Source: Amphiscolops sp. MND2022 (taxonomy: Eukaryota). From it: DNA of 64,000 nucleotides. Location of the stretch: the NCBI GenBank assembly GCA_964187785.1, contig OZ076409.1, positions 27,158,001-27,222,000 on the forward strand. Reading direction: 5' to 3'. Both the position numbers and the translations under genes were made by a program. Positions 1-12,865 of the stretch are shown one piece after another (positions within the stretch are counted from its first letter, which is position 1; each line of letters begins with the position of its first letter). Below the pieces are notes generated by a model. The model saw nothing but the letters and a program-made list of their open reading frames with translations, was not told the origin of the DNA and ran no database searches.

Positions 1-1957
1 AACAACATGTAACTCCACGAAACGATAAAAACAACCGACCTTATTTCGAATCATGCAACGAAATTATGCGACACAAACATGAAATGATCAATACATGTAA
101 AGTTCAAAGACCTGCCAAATCAATGACGGCACGAAAGCAATTAACAATTCCAAACTACATGCAATACAAATGAGCAACGCACGGAAATATACATGTACCG
201 TTCAAAAATGAATGAGATAATATATGCAATTCACAGCAAAACCATCCGAACCTAGACGAATAAAAATAAAACAAACAAACGAAAATACATGAAGTCTACT
301 AATTTACATGCAAAATATAAGAATTGACGAAACACCTACTAAACTAACAAAGGAGTGAGCACCCCCCAGCAAACATCAGTTTATAACAAGCAAAACACCC
401 CTATCGATAAGCCAAAAACATTCCTTCGTGCTGGCTGGCATTTCTCTGAAAAGAGTGCTGGTTAGTTGAGGCGGGGAGCTCACAACCATATTCGGATGAA
501 GCTTGCTGCGTTGGTTATCCAGCGGCTAGTGGATTCTCAGTTAGTTTTGTAGGGGCTTTGTGACGACAAAGCCCTGTCCAAATGAACGAAAATAAAATCA
601 AAAAACATGAAACTAACACCGAACATATAACGACATGTCAATAATGGGGCAACCCATTTAAAAGAACACATCATCTAACAATCCATACATGCAAATACAA
701 GAAACAGATAGTCTAAAACTGGACACATGCATAACCGTAGATGTCAATCACATTGATTGATCGGACTGACCGTCAAATGGACAAACCCATTTCGACGAAT
801 AATGGCAAACAACCAACCGAAAAAATGACATATAGACTATATATAGCCCGAAACTACGAGATTCCATTTATCTGAAAGGAGCGGAGCAGCTCCACTCACC
901 CAGCTCTGGACTGAAGCCACTAGTACCTTGCACGCCTACAGGCTATCAGTACCACTGCTGAGTGAACTTATTTTCGACCGCCACGCAAGCGGCGGTCACC
1001 AGAAAGCGAACTAAAAATACATGCAATAACGTTCCGAAGTTGACAAATTAGAAACATGACGACGATGATCAAAACACATGTACCATAAAATTCATGCAAA
1101 TTCAAAAACACGACAAATGGTTATAACCGTATAACGCTAAAATACATGAAGAAAACAATCCGAAACACCGCAATATTAATAAAATTTCCTCCGGACATGA
1201 AAAATGCAACCCCCGCTTACGTTATACCCAAATAACATCGAAAACACGCAAAAATCCGTACATTTCAAACGCACGATAAAAAGAAGATGAACTATACAAC
1301 AAAATGAGCAAAAAACTTGCCAAGTCAAACTTGCGATACAAAAACGATGAATTACACCAAAAAACTAGCAAAAATGCAAAAATTCAAACGCAAGATGAAA
1401 AAACGATGAAATACGTAGAAAAACCACATGTAACAACATGCAATATTTCTGACGCACCGAAAGATGTAAAAACGATGACAAAAACAGTTTTCACGACGTC
1501 GCTTGGTCGACCGAGGAAAACGTGATGAAAATGAGATGAAAAATCAAAGATCAAACGCTGACGAGTTACTTACACTACCGCGAGATGTAATAACGATGAA
1601 CACCATAAAAGCGACGCGCGACCGATGATCTATGATACAAAAATACCGAAGACAATGCTTCAAGTGAACTGTTGGACGAACTTGTTGATTTACACGTACT
1701 TAATATCCTCTGTAACTATCTCTAACAACTCAAAAGAAAAACAGCTGTTGGGCACCAAAATAACTAATGTTGTAAACACACTACTACCGATCTTTCCGCC
1801 GTAGCATCTGGATTTGTATCATTCTCACTATGGTCATTACTGTGCTTTCCATTTATTGACCTTTTTCATGGGTCTCCCAACATATGAATAACTACACTAT
1901 AATGTAAATACAACAAATTATATAGCAAAACAATGAACAACATAAACAGTTAATAAG

Positions 1958-4900
1958 TCAGTTTCCAATCTCGGGACTGGCAGCCCGCTCCCCGGTCACA
2001 TCGTAACCAAGACTAGCATATAACTGGAGACGATAATCTTCCCCAGCCACGATACCGACGTCGTCCCACAACATGTCCTCTGTAATCTCTGATAGATCGA
2101 CGAGCCTTCTGTGCGACTCCATCACTTCTTCCATCAGTGGCCCACTGACACTACCGTAACTTCGCACATGATTAGCAGACAAATAACTAGAGATTACTGC
2201 ACATACACAGCTCATGACATCGCTCGGCAGGTGCCCGATCCCTTCGCATATGGTATTGCAAGTGCTCTGCACCACCCCTCCCAGGCAAAAGACAAGTTGT
2301 AACAGACTCTGCGACCCGCGACTGGAACAGAAACGCAACAGATCAACGGCTGAATACTCGGCAATCGCCCCAGCTGGCCTAGGCTCGCACCGAAAAGCCC
2401 TTATGAATTCCAGAAATCCGAGCTCCATTCGATCCTGTTCGACTAAACTGATCCGCCCCATTTCCACAAGTAAACCAGTAAAATTGCGAATTTCCGCCAC
2501 AAGATCAGTTTCCGCCACACAAACCAGTCTGGGTGAACTAAAGACACTTCGCACGAAAGCAAGATCGTCACGAATCCCTGGTAGCAATAATACGTTCTTG
2601 ACGATAGACAATAAGAAATTAGGCACTCGGGACACATCCTCTTCATACACAGCCACATCTTCCGTCAAATTCTCATCTGAGCTGAAACTCGCGATAAGGG
2701 CTTGTAACTTAGTCGCTGACACAACATAACTGTCTACATCCACAAACAACCACCCACGGATATCCAGATCAGTGGGCAGGCTCTCTTCATCAACCAGTAG
2801 AGTCAGCAGGCGTTTCACAAACAATGCACTCTCGATCGCCCAGTAACAACTCCGCAATGATGAAGACCCGAAACTCTTTTCGTACGACGTCACTACTGAA
2901 ATGAAAAACACAACAATTCTATACACAGTAAATAATCGGACTAACCCCCCCCCCGTTCCCTTCCCGAAAAATGCGAATTGATTAAACACTCGAATACGTA
3001 AAGCCAACTACAGAAACTTCCCACCCGGTAAATATACGACATACTAACAAGCACGATAGACCATACTAAGTGCTCGGAGCCTGATTGGGATCCCAAACTC
3101 CACCCTCAAAGTAAGATCCAACGCATCTACTGGCCCGTCTCCCGAAGCGAATCGAACTAGACACAGCACTTCTGCCCAATTGGCACGTAATTCATCGCAC
3201 ACATCAGCAAGAGTCCACACGTAGACTTCCCCGGATAGAATAGCCTAAACAAAACATAACAAGCTCCACATAGATAAAACAAAATATTACAATACAAACT
3301 ACTACCAATATACAAACAACAGAAACAGACAAAGAGTACAACTCATAGTAACACTCAAATAAAAGCGGAAGACTACACCGACCTGCAACAGATGAGGGCA
3401 GCTCAACAACAGAGGATCCCTAACATATCCTTTCAGTCTCTTCTGCAGATGATTCAGCACCACGTGAATATCAGTCCCGCCGAGCGCCCGCCCTCCCACG
3501 TCCACAATTGTCCGACTGATTTCACACAATGACAGCGTCTTCAACTCCAGTGACCCAACGCCAGTGGCGGCTTGGAACAGTCCACCCAGCTGAGGCAACG
3601 CATCGCAACACAGTCCAAGTGGAACAGGTTCTCCAAGCAAACAACACCACATGTTAATCATCCACGTGACAACTCGTTTTTCCCAATCCTCAGACAGACA
3701 AAAACTGAAGACACAGTACTGACTGATCCCTTCTAGAGAACACATTGTGACCGTGCCAGTCACGCGCCCCTGCCCAACAGCCACATGAAAGCTGGTAAAC
3801 CCACAGTTAGACCACAGAGTGATTAGCCTCTTCATCGCGTACGGCCACAAACTCAGTAGAACCACACTCTAAAAACAAACATCAACTTTACTATACATTA
3901 ATTCACGATCCGCTTAAAAATAACCCGACACAATTAATAGTTGAAAATCCCCCCTACACCAGCTTCAAAACTACCTATGGAAAACTACCCACTAAATGTA
4001 TTTTTTTTCCATCTACACGAACCTTCATGAAACAAAAAAAAACAAAAGGAAATACGAATTACCATCACGTCATTCACTTCGCAAGTAACACCGAAAAGAG
4101 AGGCATGTTGCGGCTCTGACGCAACCATCACCTCCCACAAACTCGTTACGCTGGCGAACTGACACCCACGATAGATTGCGTCAATAACCAGGCACACGAA
4201 CAGATGCACGGTCTTTTCACACAATAGATCCTCTTCCTCCTCGTCCCCCCACACAGGTCGTCCAGCTGCTTCCAACTCAAACACCTCCAGTACACTAAAG
4301 GAGGGGCACGTCTCAATGAACGGCACCATTGCACCGCCCAGGCTGCTCCTACACTCCACACTCTCTTCATTACTCATCAATGACCCGTCGCGTCGCCGCA
4401 ACGGTAAATCCCGAAACAAACGAATCAGGCAGTCCAAACGATGGTGACGGAGCCCACGACAATGCTCCATGAAAGTAGTGATACCACGGCTGCCAACATT
4501 GATATCACGCTTGCACAGTAAACATCGAACGAATGATAGCCGCGATTGATGACTTCGTGCATAGCCCAGTGCAAGCCCACAGTATTCATGAGAAAACCAC
4601 CATGACTTGATCACTTTTCGCCCTACAAACAGAAATAATCACATGCCAACACATAGCACATCCACTAAAAACAACCACGTTCCCACAAAATACCAAGATC
4701 ATCTTAAAATAATCTTTAAAAACTGAAAAATGAAAAAACCACCGCAAACTTCCAAAAAGTCACCCGGAGTGATGAAAAAATGATGTAAAATAATGTTTTC
4801 ATCAGGAAATATAAGCGAAAAACGAAGAAAACGAAAAGATGAAAAAGAGATGCATTTTGCACATCACCAGAATGAAAAATGGAAACCTTAAAGAATGAAA

Positions 4901-6733
4901 AACTTGAACGATGGAAAAGAGATAAATAGAACGACTTTGAACCAAAAATTGAGATATTTTAGAGCGAAAACAACTTAACGATGAAAAAGAGATGAAAACT
5001 GAAAAGAAAACACCGACGAATAGCGAAAACCGAAAAGAGAAAATTTTAAAGATGTAAAAGAGATGAAAATTCTAGAAGGACTAGAGAGCGAAAACTAATG
5101 TTCAACGACTTTTGACGATGAGAATGTGATGGAAAAATGGAAAACTGCAGAAAACCATATAGTGAAAATAGAAGAACGATGAAAAATGGATAGAAAAGAA
5201 GGAAAACGTGAAAGATGCTAGTGAAAGCAAAAGCGAAGAAGGAAATGAATGAAAAATCTACTGATCAGATACTTCACCAGTTTAAAGCTGTTTAGTTAAC
5301 CTGGCAGACGGGACGCGATTGGTTCGTCATCACTATCCAGTAGACTGGGTCCCATGGGAGAAGCCACGGTCGACATGAGAGCAGCACTGGGAGAGGCAGA
5401 TTCTCGGTCAGGTTCAGCAGGCAGAAGGATGTCGGACGAGAAGTCACCAGGGACTTCAAGTAGGGTCTCAGCACCGCCGGCGGTACTCACGGAAGCATCA
5501 CCAACTATATCAGTGCCGCTGACTGGAAGGGCAGGAACAGAAGAAGAGGCAACAATGACAGGTTCCTCAACAGGAGGATCATGGAAGGTGGAGGACTCAC
5601 TGACTTCCACAACGGCCTGGACTGCTCGATCAGAGGTATCGACAACGGCATCGATGACTGCATCCACGCAATCGACAACAGCATTCACAGCAGCGTCGAG
5701 AGTGATACGAGCAGGAGGAGGACTACTAGCGGCAAAAGAACTCCTCAGCACTGGCGACAGTACAGACACTGGTGCCTGCCTGACAGGAGAACTTACACTC
5801 CCGAATGACAAGTCCTGAAGGAACGAGGACAAGTCAAGTTGAGGAGGCCCTCCCTGAGTACTAGCATCAATGTTCTCAGCCTGGTGATCACTAGTCCCTA
5901 TTCCAATGGAACAGGTGATGGGCCGAGGCCTCGGCGCGTGAATCGGTGTGGGGCCTGAAAGAAGAAACAGTTACTGGACGACGACGATTAGAGAAGAAAG
6001 AGCGCGTACGCCGCGCGAAGAAAGAAAACCGGAGAAGAATACATCCAAAACTCATCTTCAAAAAATGGGATTTACAGCGAGTCAGTCATGAAGAGCTGTG
6101 AATGTTCATGACACATCCTAAATTCATCTCGAAGGTGAATTACATGGGTAATCGACCGCAAAGGACACTACATGCAGATGAGATGTTTACATCGGAATCA
6201 CATCGGAGTGTTCGGACGATAGCCTAGAGAAGTGAAAAGGAAATTGACAAACTCACTGTACTGCTGGATGCTATCCCGCAGCATGTCCCGCATGTGGCGG
6301 TCATACCACCCGAAGGTGATGCTACCTAGGGAGGCATACCAGGGGTAGTGGTCTGAAACACCATACGAAAAGGAGTCAGCTACTGGACGGAGTAAGGATG
6401 AGATACGAGGGATTCGAAGACTGAACTGAAGAATGGAAGGATAGTACTTACACTGCGGAAGATACGGGACGTTAGGGGCCTGTTCAGTTTGCTGCTCAGG
6501 TTGATACTGAGGCGCGTGAGATGCTGCAGGGATTGGAGCATCTTGAGGCGGAACTGTCTGCAACGTAGTCAGTTCGGAGATTATGCCGACAGAGTGAACG
6601 GAGTCCGCTAAAACCAAGACACGCCTTCAATTCCTAATTATTCCCCGGCCCGTTTGTGAAGAAGAAAAATAGTGCACTTACTTCCTGTGACCTCAGTCTC
6701 TGGTAACGAATAGATGGAGTTGATATCCGACAT
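1958..6733 (-). CDS. Predicted spliced ~1,088-aa protein with a Ser/Pro-rich N-terminus, BED-like zinc finger and degenerate hAT-transposase-like body; probable antisense cargo of an LTR retrotransposon
   Basis: Phase-consistent GT-AG exon chain on the - strand: 6733-6682, 6607-6452, 6382-6257, 5954-5301, 4622-4063, 3868-3383, 3244-3062, 3007-1958 (3267 nt). Motif CLLCKRDINVGSRGITTFMEHCRGLRH. The 6257->5954 and 5301->4622 joins are less certain, so this could be 2-3 genes. Confidence 0.6.
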
Positions 6734-7860
6734 CGCGAAGAATTGCAAAACAATCTGAAAAGAATGGAAGACGGTGAAAGAAGGAAAGAAATCGAAGAAT
6801 CCAAGAACAGAGAATTTGATCAGTAATTAAATGGCCTGATCAACCATAATTACAGAAGAACAAGTTCAATAGAAGATTTCAAAGAGCGCGACGCAGCTTG
6901 AATGCCATGTTAATCAAATACTTGAATTCAGAAGATGAAAAATCGATGAAAAACTCTCCGATTTCAAATACTGACATCACTTTTCTTCCCAGTACAACCA
7001 ACTCAAGCTTTCTCTGAGAATGGATCGTCCTCTCCTAGGACTTGACAAAAAAACTTCAAGTATTTGATTTGTTGACAGCTGCCAGTCTCAGATCAATACC
7101 GAAGAAGTTGAGCGGAAACGCGCAAAGGAAATCGTGGCGATTTCAAACTGACTTAAATGGAGGATGATTTATGGATGAGAATGCTGCTGACAACCGGTTG
7201 TAGTTTCCTTCAGTTATAAATTCAGTCTCAGCCAATCAGATCGAGCAACAGTTGCTATGGCGACGAATTCATCTCTTTCTCTTTCACTCAAAAGTCGAGC
7301 AGCGGAAGTAACTTTTGATAGTTGCTATGGCAACGATTCATCTCCTTTCATCGCGAGTAAACAAGCAACGGCGCCAGCCATTCCGCTAAACAGCATCAGT
7401 GTCTCGCTGAGCAAACAATTCATCGTTCATTCATCCCTGACTCGCTGCCAATTTGTCAGTGAAGCTAATCGAATTGTTTACTCAGTGTAGGCGTTTTGGA
7501 GGGAAACTCTTCTCCGAGAAATCAGCTTCTACCGAAAATAACCAGCCGAAACTCCCGTCAAAAGCATGACAACCAATAAAATGCAGATCAGCGGACACTC
7601 GATGGACCAAGAATTAGAGTTGCCGCGTCGAAAATTTTAACCGAAATCACCCAGGATGATGCCAGAAAAGACGATTACCGAAGGTCCTCTTCTCAGAGAA
7701 GCTCTCACAGGACAGAACAAACGAAGGACATGCCAATTCAGAACTAACGAAGGCCATTTTCTCCCCAACCAAACGAAGGACCAGTCGAAGCCAACGCCGA
7801 GACAACCATCCTCTGCACATTTGGCCCCTGCACTCTCAGTCCAAATCCCGCCCCGGGGAG

Positions 7861-10032
7861 TGTCATGCCAGCATGATGGAAATATAATCTACTAAATATT
7901 TGTAATGTAAATATTATGTCTTATGTACTTAGATATGGGCAATATGATGTCATATAATAAGAGCCATGGTTGTGAGCAACCCTACGTTACTTGTACCTTA
8001 ATCCCTACCCCCCCTGAGTTTGAGCTATATATATTTATTTAATACTGAGCGCTCTAGTTCCGGTGTCCGCACAAATGATCTTGCCAATAGCTTTAATGTG
8101 CTATCTTATTCAATATTGGTTTGTCACGATAAGGGAGAGAAGTTTTCCGGTCAGACTGGACCGAGAGATGTAGAAATAATGGAATATGTAACTTCTACTA
8201 GCTCCCTCGCCTCAGGACTTGTAGTCGTGAAGATTTTCAGAAAAGTTCATCACTAATCCATCAGCGGACTTAGTGATCCTTTAACTTCACCTACTAGTGA
8301 AATCACGGTGCTATGTTATCAAGGTTCATCGCAATCACATCGCCAAGATTGCGGGTGAACAAAATTTGGGACATTTATTTGATTTCATTTAGTGATCCAT
8401 CAGCGGATCTCACGGGACTTTAAAATACATGAAAACCATCTTATACTCATCGTCGTTTTGTGAATTTTAACCTTCAATGTGCTTCTCATTTCTTAAAAGA
8501 GCATAACACATCTATATTTCATCGTCCTGACTAGTAACTACAAGGAATGAGAAAGTACATCCTTAATTCATCCTAAAAAAGAGTGAAGTGCTGGATATCT
8601 GTTTTTTTAGATTAACTCATCACTAGTTCATCGTAAATTCATCGCTAGTTCGACTTGCGTTAGAATTAGCCGAAATTTCAGTTGAGTTCATCCTAAACCC
8701 ATCGTAGGAATTTCATTCATTAGATTTTGCTGTTTTATTGAATGTATTCATCCTAAAGTCATCATATATTTGTCTTCACTGCAGAATTAGCTGTTTCACC
8801 TGCTTTGTTGGCTGAATTCATCCTGAATTCATCGCCAATTTCACTAGTGCTGGAAATTAGTTATTTTCGAGGAGAGTTCATCCTTTTATCATCGTCAGTT
8901 CATATCGTGTTGATTTTCGAGCTAAAAGACCACCATTCATCGCATTTTCATCCAGAGCTAAACTAGACTTGAAAATCAGCAAATATTCTGACGAATTCAT
9001 CGCGTTTCCATCTTTGGTTTTGAAGTATTGATCTTAATGCTAGAATTAGTTGGAAAACATCGTTTTCTCATCCTGTGATGCAGTTTACTCTGTTTTGACT
9101 TGAAATTAGTACATTATTGAATGATTTGAGTTGCTATAGAAACCATGACACTGTGTGCAGGCAATTGCGACATTGTAAAGTGATGATTAGTCATAATTAG
9201 CATATGTAGATGTACCATGTGGTTTGGCCAACTTGCGGCAGTTCACAACACCGGTCACGTGACTTACCAATTAGCACCAACTGGCAATAGCCAACAAGAG
9301 TCGGCTGGTAAGAGATTTAGCGTCTTACCAGCCTGAAAAGACACGTGAACTGCTGTATTTTGGACCGCCATTAGAGATTACTCAGACCGAAATTGCGATT
9401 AGCTACTGTCCAGTTGGACGAATTACGACAGATTTGAACTAGAAAAACATATCTCTTATTCATCGTAAAACGCTACCTTCACAACTCTGAGTAATTTCTT
9501 GATTGATACCTGTCCGATGAAATTTGGATGAACTCTACTTAATCCTCGTTAACTATTCTCATTCTATACTAGTATCCTTGTCTTACTGTAAAACTCATCG
9601 CATTTACATCTCAAGTTCAGAAATAGTGAATTTGAGTTCGAATAAAGGCACAAAATAGTAAAATACATCGAAAAATCATCCAGAATCCAGTCTTCACTCA
9701 TAATTCCTTTTCTCTCACCTCTATGAACCCAGATCTAGGCACCGAACTCAGAAGCGGAAGAGTTATTAGTTCCTCATCAGAAACACACGTTCAAACGGAC
9801 CCAGACATGGCTCAGTCTTCTGCCAATGATTCTGATAGCAACGAGGTTTCCGATATCTCGTCTCAGTTATCTGAAATAAAAGAGAGCTATGAGAGAAAGA
9901 TAAACGAATTACAGAATGAGTTCAGTCAACTGAAGGACTTAATGATGGCTGTCATAAGTAAGACAGACACCGAAAACCGACAGTCAACCTCGAAAGGTCC
10001 TTCAAAGCCGACCCACACGGTTGGGCTCGACA
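7861..10032 (+). mobile_element. Long (~2.17 kb) LTR, probably the 3' LTR of a giant Ty3/Gypsy-like element extending left beyond the window
   Basis: Begins TGTCATGCC right after the purine run GGGGAG (7855-7860, PPT-like) and ends GGGCTCGACA (imperfect terminal inverted repeat TGTC..GACA). TATA-like run ~8027, AATAAA ~9642. Followed by a (CT)n microsatellite. Confidence 0.6.
9723..10032 (+). pseudogene. gag-like N-terminal ORF inside the LTR, truncated at the LTR end
   Basis: MNPDLGTELRSGR followed by a coiled-coil (EIKESYERKINELQNEFSQLKDLM). The coding character stops exactly at the terminal GACA; the rest of the ORF is CT microsatellite. Confidence 0.5.
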
Positions 10033-10666
10033 CTCTCTCTCTCTCTCTCCTCCCTCTCTTGTTCGCGAGTTTGTTGGAAATTTAACAAGCATGATCAGTC
10101 ATCGATAGTTGCTTATGCTAATGCCTACTCAGCTTGACTTTATTGTTTCATTTTCCGGTTGATTCATTGTAAGAATCATTTTAAAAACCGTTAGTTTTTC
10201 ATTAGTCATTAATGGATTCAGATTCGATCTCTACTGTCAATTAAATCAATGAATCATCAATCGAAACGATCTCAAAAATTGATTCATCTTTTTTATTTCT
10301 TACGACTTGTGAAATATAAACAGCACTTGTACGGAAACCAGAAGTGCTAAATTGCTTTTTGTAAAAGTTATTTAGTCAATTGATCGATCGATTCGTTTCA
10401 AGTCATTTTAAAAGAAGACTCGAAAAATCAATTTTCTAATTGAGTTAACGTCGAAACTAGTAATTGGTTGAAATTTCCTTGCGTCAATTTGCCTGAATCA
10501 TCTAATGAATGCTAATAGCTTTCTAATAGCTTCTACATTTTCCTCTGAAACGTAGCGAATCATCATTTGCTCTTGCTTCGTTTCCACTGATCAGTTGCTT
10601 TTCTGCGAGAAAAAAAGTAGTTTTGTCAACTGAAGAAACCTCAGTTTCTCAACAGCGCCATAAAAC

Positions 10667-10945
10667 ATGTCTCCTACTTTGCATACGGTTCACCATGCCA
10701 ATGAAAAGTGCTGCAATTTCTTGGGAGAGTCGGGACAGGTCGGGTCTCTGGAGACAGGCTCAGGCACTTCGCTCGTCATCATCTTCTTTTTTGCCTCGTT
10801 TGTGTTGGCACTGGTCTGGGTAGTTGTGGGCTCAAAGCGTTCTCAAACCACGAAGCCAGATGAGCTCCAGAAACATCCAAACGTCAGTCCAGACATCGTG
10901 AGTGTATCGGTTTCCCAAGATCCCCAATGTGTGGATGAAGTCTAA
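10667..10945 (+). CDS. Candidate small single-pass membrane protein (92 aa)
   Basis: Acceptor-like TTTCTCAACAG ends at 10655 and the start context is AAACATG. One hydrophobic segment (LVIIFFFASFVLALVWVVVG) is followed by SKR. GC content is higher than in the flanks. Confidence 0.5.
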   Translation: MSPTLHTVHHANEKCCNFLGESGQVGSLETGSGTSLVIIFFFASFVLALVWVVVGSKRSQTTKPDELQKHPNVSPDIVSVSVSQDPQCVDEV

Positions 10946-12389
10946 CTGGTAACTGATAGAATAACTGAAAAACTTTCAAATTATCAATTCAATTTTATCT
11001 ACTTTTATATAATTTAAAAGTTGTGTTCAAGTAAATGTAACAATCACACACTTTTTTCTCGTCAAGTGAAGGAATTATAGCTTATTTTTAAGAAGCAAAT
11101 AGTAACAAAAGCATGTAGGAGCCTAGATTAGAGCCTGGTGAAAAGAAATGAACAGAGAAAGCTTGAATATGAGTCTCGAAGGTTTTAGCAGTAACATTTT
11201 CCGTGATTCTCTTCAACCCCATGTCTTCCGGGGGCGCAGTGAGGTTGCAAAATTTTCTTGTCTTGGAACTTTTATCAAAAATCTATGTAGAAAATGTGTG
11301 ATTTCTGCACAATACCAAAAATTTACATGGTATGTACGAAAACAATTAGTCCTAAAAAGTTTTTTAACACAACAGTTCACTTAACATCACTTTTTTGAAC
11401 ACTTTCACAAAAGTGGTTTTGATTGATGCTGAATGTCTAAACTATGCACGGAGAAAACTTCAATAGTAAAAAGATTTGTCAGCGTCGTTTTCTTCATAGA
11501 TTCAATCAGACATTCAACTACTGTAGTTAAATGTAGATTTTCCTCTGTCTTACGAAAATAGCAAAAACTAAGTTACAGTGCAAAAACAGAGCAAGTACGT
11601 GCAAACATTCAACTGACTTATTGACGCATTCGGAAAACTCTAAAGAAAACTTTGAAACTTGGTTCCGGCCCAATGATTACGAAATAACATACCTAGTTCG
11701 ATTATCAAAATATAAATTTTTCAAAAACTTTCAGTTCTGTCTGATAAAACAATGCAATTCGTAGGCTCCAAAAAATTTGGACAGTTGGCAATAGTAGCAC
11801 AACATCAAATGTTATTAACCACACAATACACTGGGCGCATTTGCTTTGCGGAGATTCAGCACTGGTGTGAAAGCTATCGTCACTGAGCTCATTAATTTCT
11901 TTATTTTCCAATTTTGAAGTATTTGCATTTGAGAAATAAAGTCTTTGAAATAACCCTGAATTATTCATACGTGTATACTGAGCAAACTCCAAATATTTGA
12001 ACGAGCGTACTTCTGATAAAAATAATTTGTGAAAGTGCACAACATCTTTCGTTCGTTTTTAAGAAAAAAATACTTTGTGTTTCAAAAGAGTTTGTACCAT
12101 TCTTTCATCTTTGGGCGGTTCAAATTGTTAAAGGTACGTAGCAGATATTTGAAATGTTGCTCATCGAATCGTATGAATGATTTACATATCATCAACTGAC
12201 CTTCAACCCATTTTGAGCCATTGTGTTCAACTAATTATCAAAACATGTTTCTCGAGAACAATTCAGTTGCTTTGAAATCACTAGTAAGGCGGAAACGTCT
12301 CAGGTCTTAAGAGAACTCTACAGTGTCAAAAATGATTCAGAAAGGGGACTCGAAATGCTCAAAAGGCTCTTTTCTTACTAAAAATATCA

Positions 12390-12865
12390 AACAAGATGAG
12401 AACGTCGCAAGTCGGCGCCCCGCCCAAAGTTCAAAAACGCAAAGCTTCGTAAAAATGATCAGAGATGCTTTTAGTAAATACAGTAAATGTATTTACTAAA
12501 AACATAATTTCAGTAATTGTGTTTCAGAGCGTCGAACAAATCTAGAGGGCACCATCTGGTCTCAAAAAACTGCTTTTCTTGAACTGAAATTATCAAAAAC
12601 CCAAATTGGTTTTAAAATATCATGCGAAACAAAATTTTTCGAGAAAAGTTGCACAGTGCTGAATAAAGCCCAAAGGGAGAACGCTTCGATCCTGTCAAAT
12701 TTCGTGACCATGACAAAACACGACTACTTGGAAAACCTAACCAAAAGTGGCGGCATGAATAAAGTGTGTCAAAAATTGGACAATTCAGGGTGAGTTCTGA
12801 CAAAAAAGGAAAAAAAACTTGCCACTGTAAGAATTGGATTTTTCTGTTCCAAAAAGTACCGACTA
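12390..12865. mobile_element. DINE-1/Helentron-like non-autonomous element (HINE), diverged copy
   Basis: One end AACAAGATGAGAACGTCGCAAGTCGGCGCC, the other end GTACCGACTA (subterminal inverted repeat); same layout as the copies at 47581 and 50454. Confidence 0.6.

Noticed and set aside
870..1010. Hammerhead ribozyme
   Set aside because: No CTGATGA...GAAA core with flanking stems was seen on either strand.
2214..2729. 171-aa + strand ORF (also 5354-5818 and 28992-29471)
   Set aside because: Antisense shadows of real coding sequence on the - strand.
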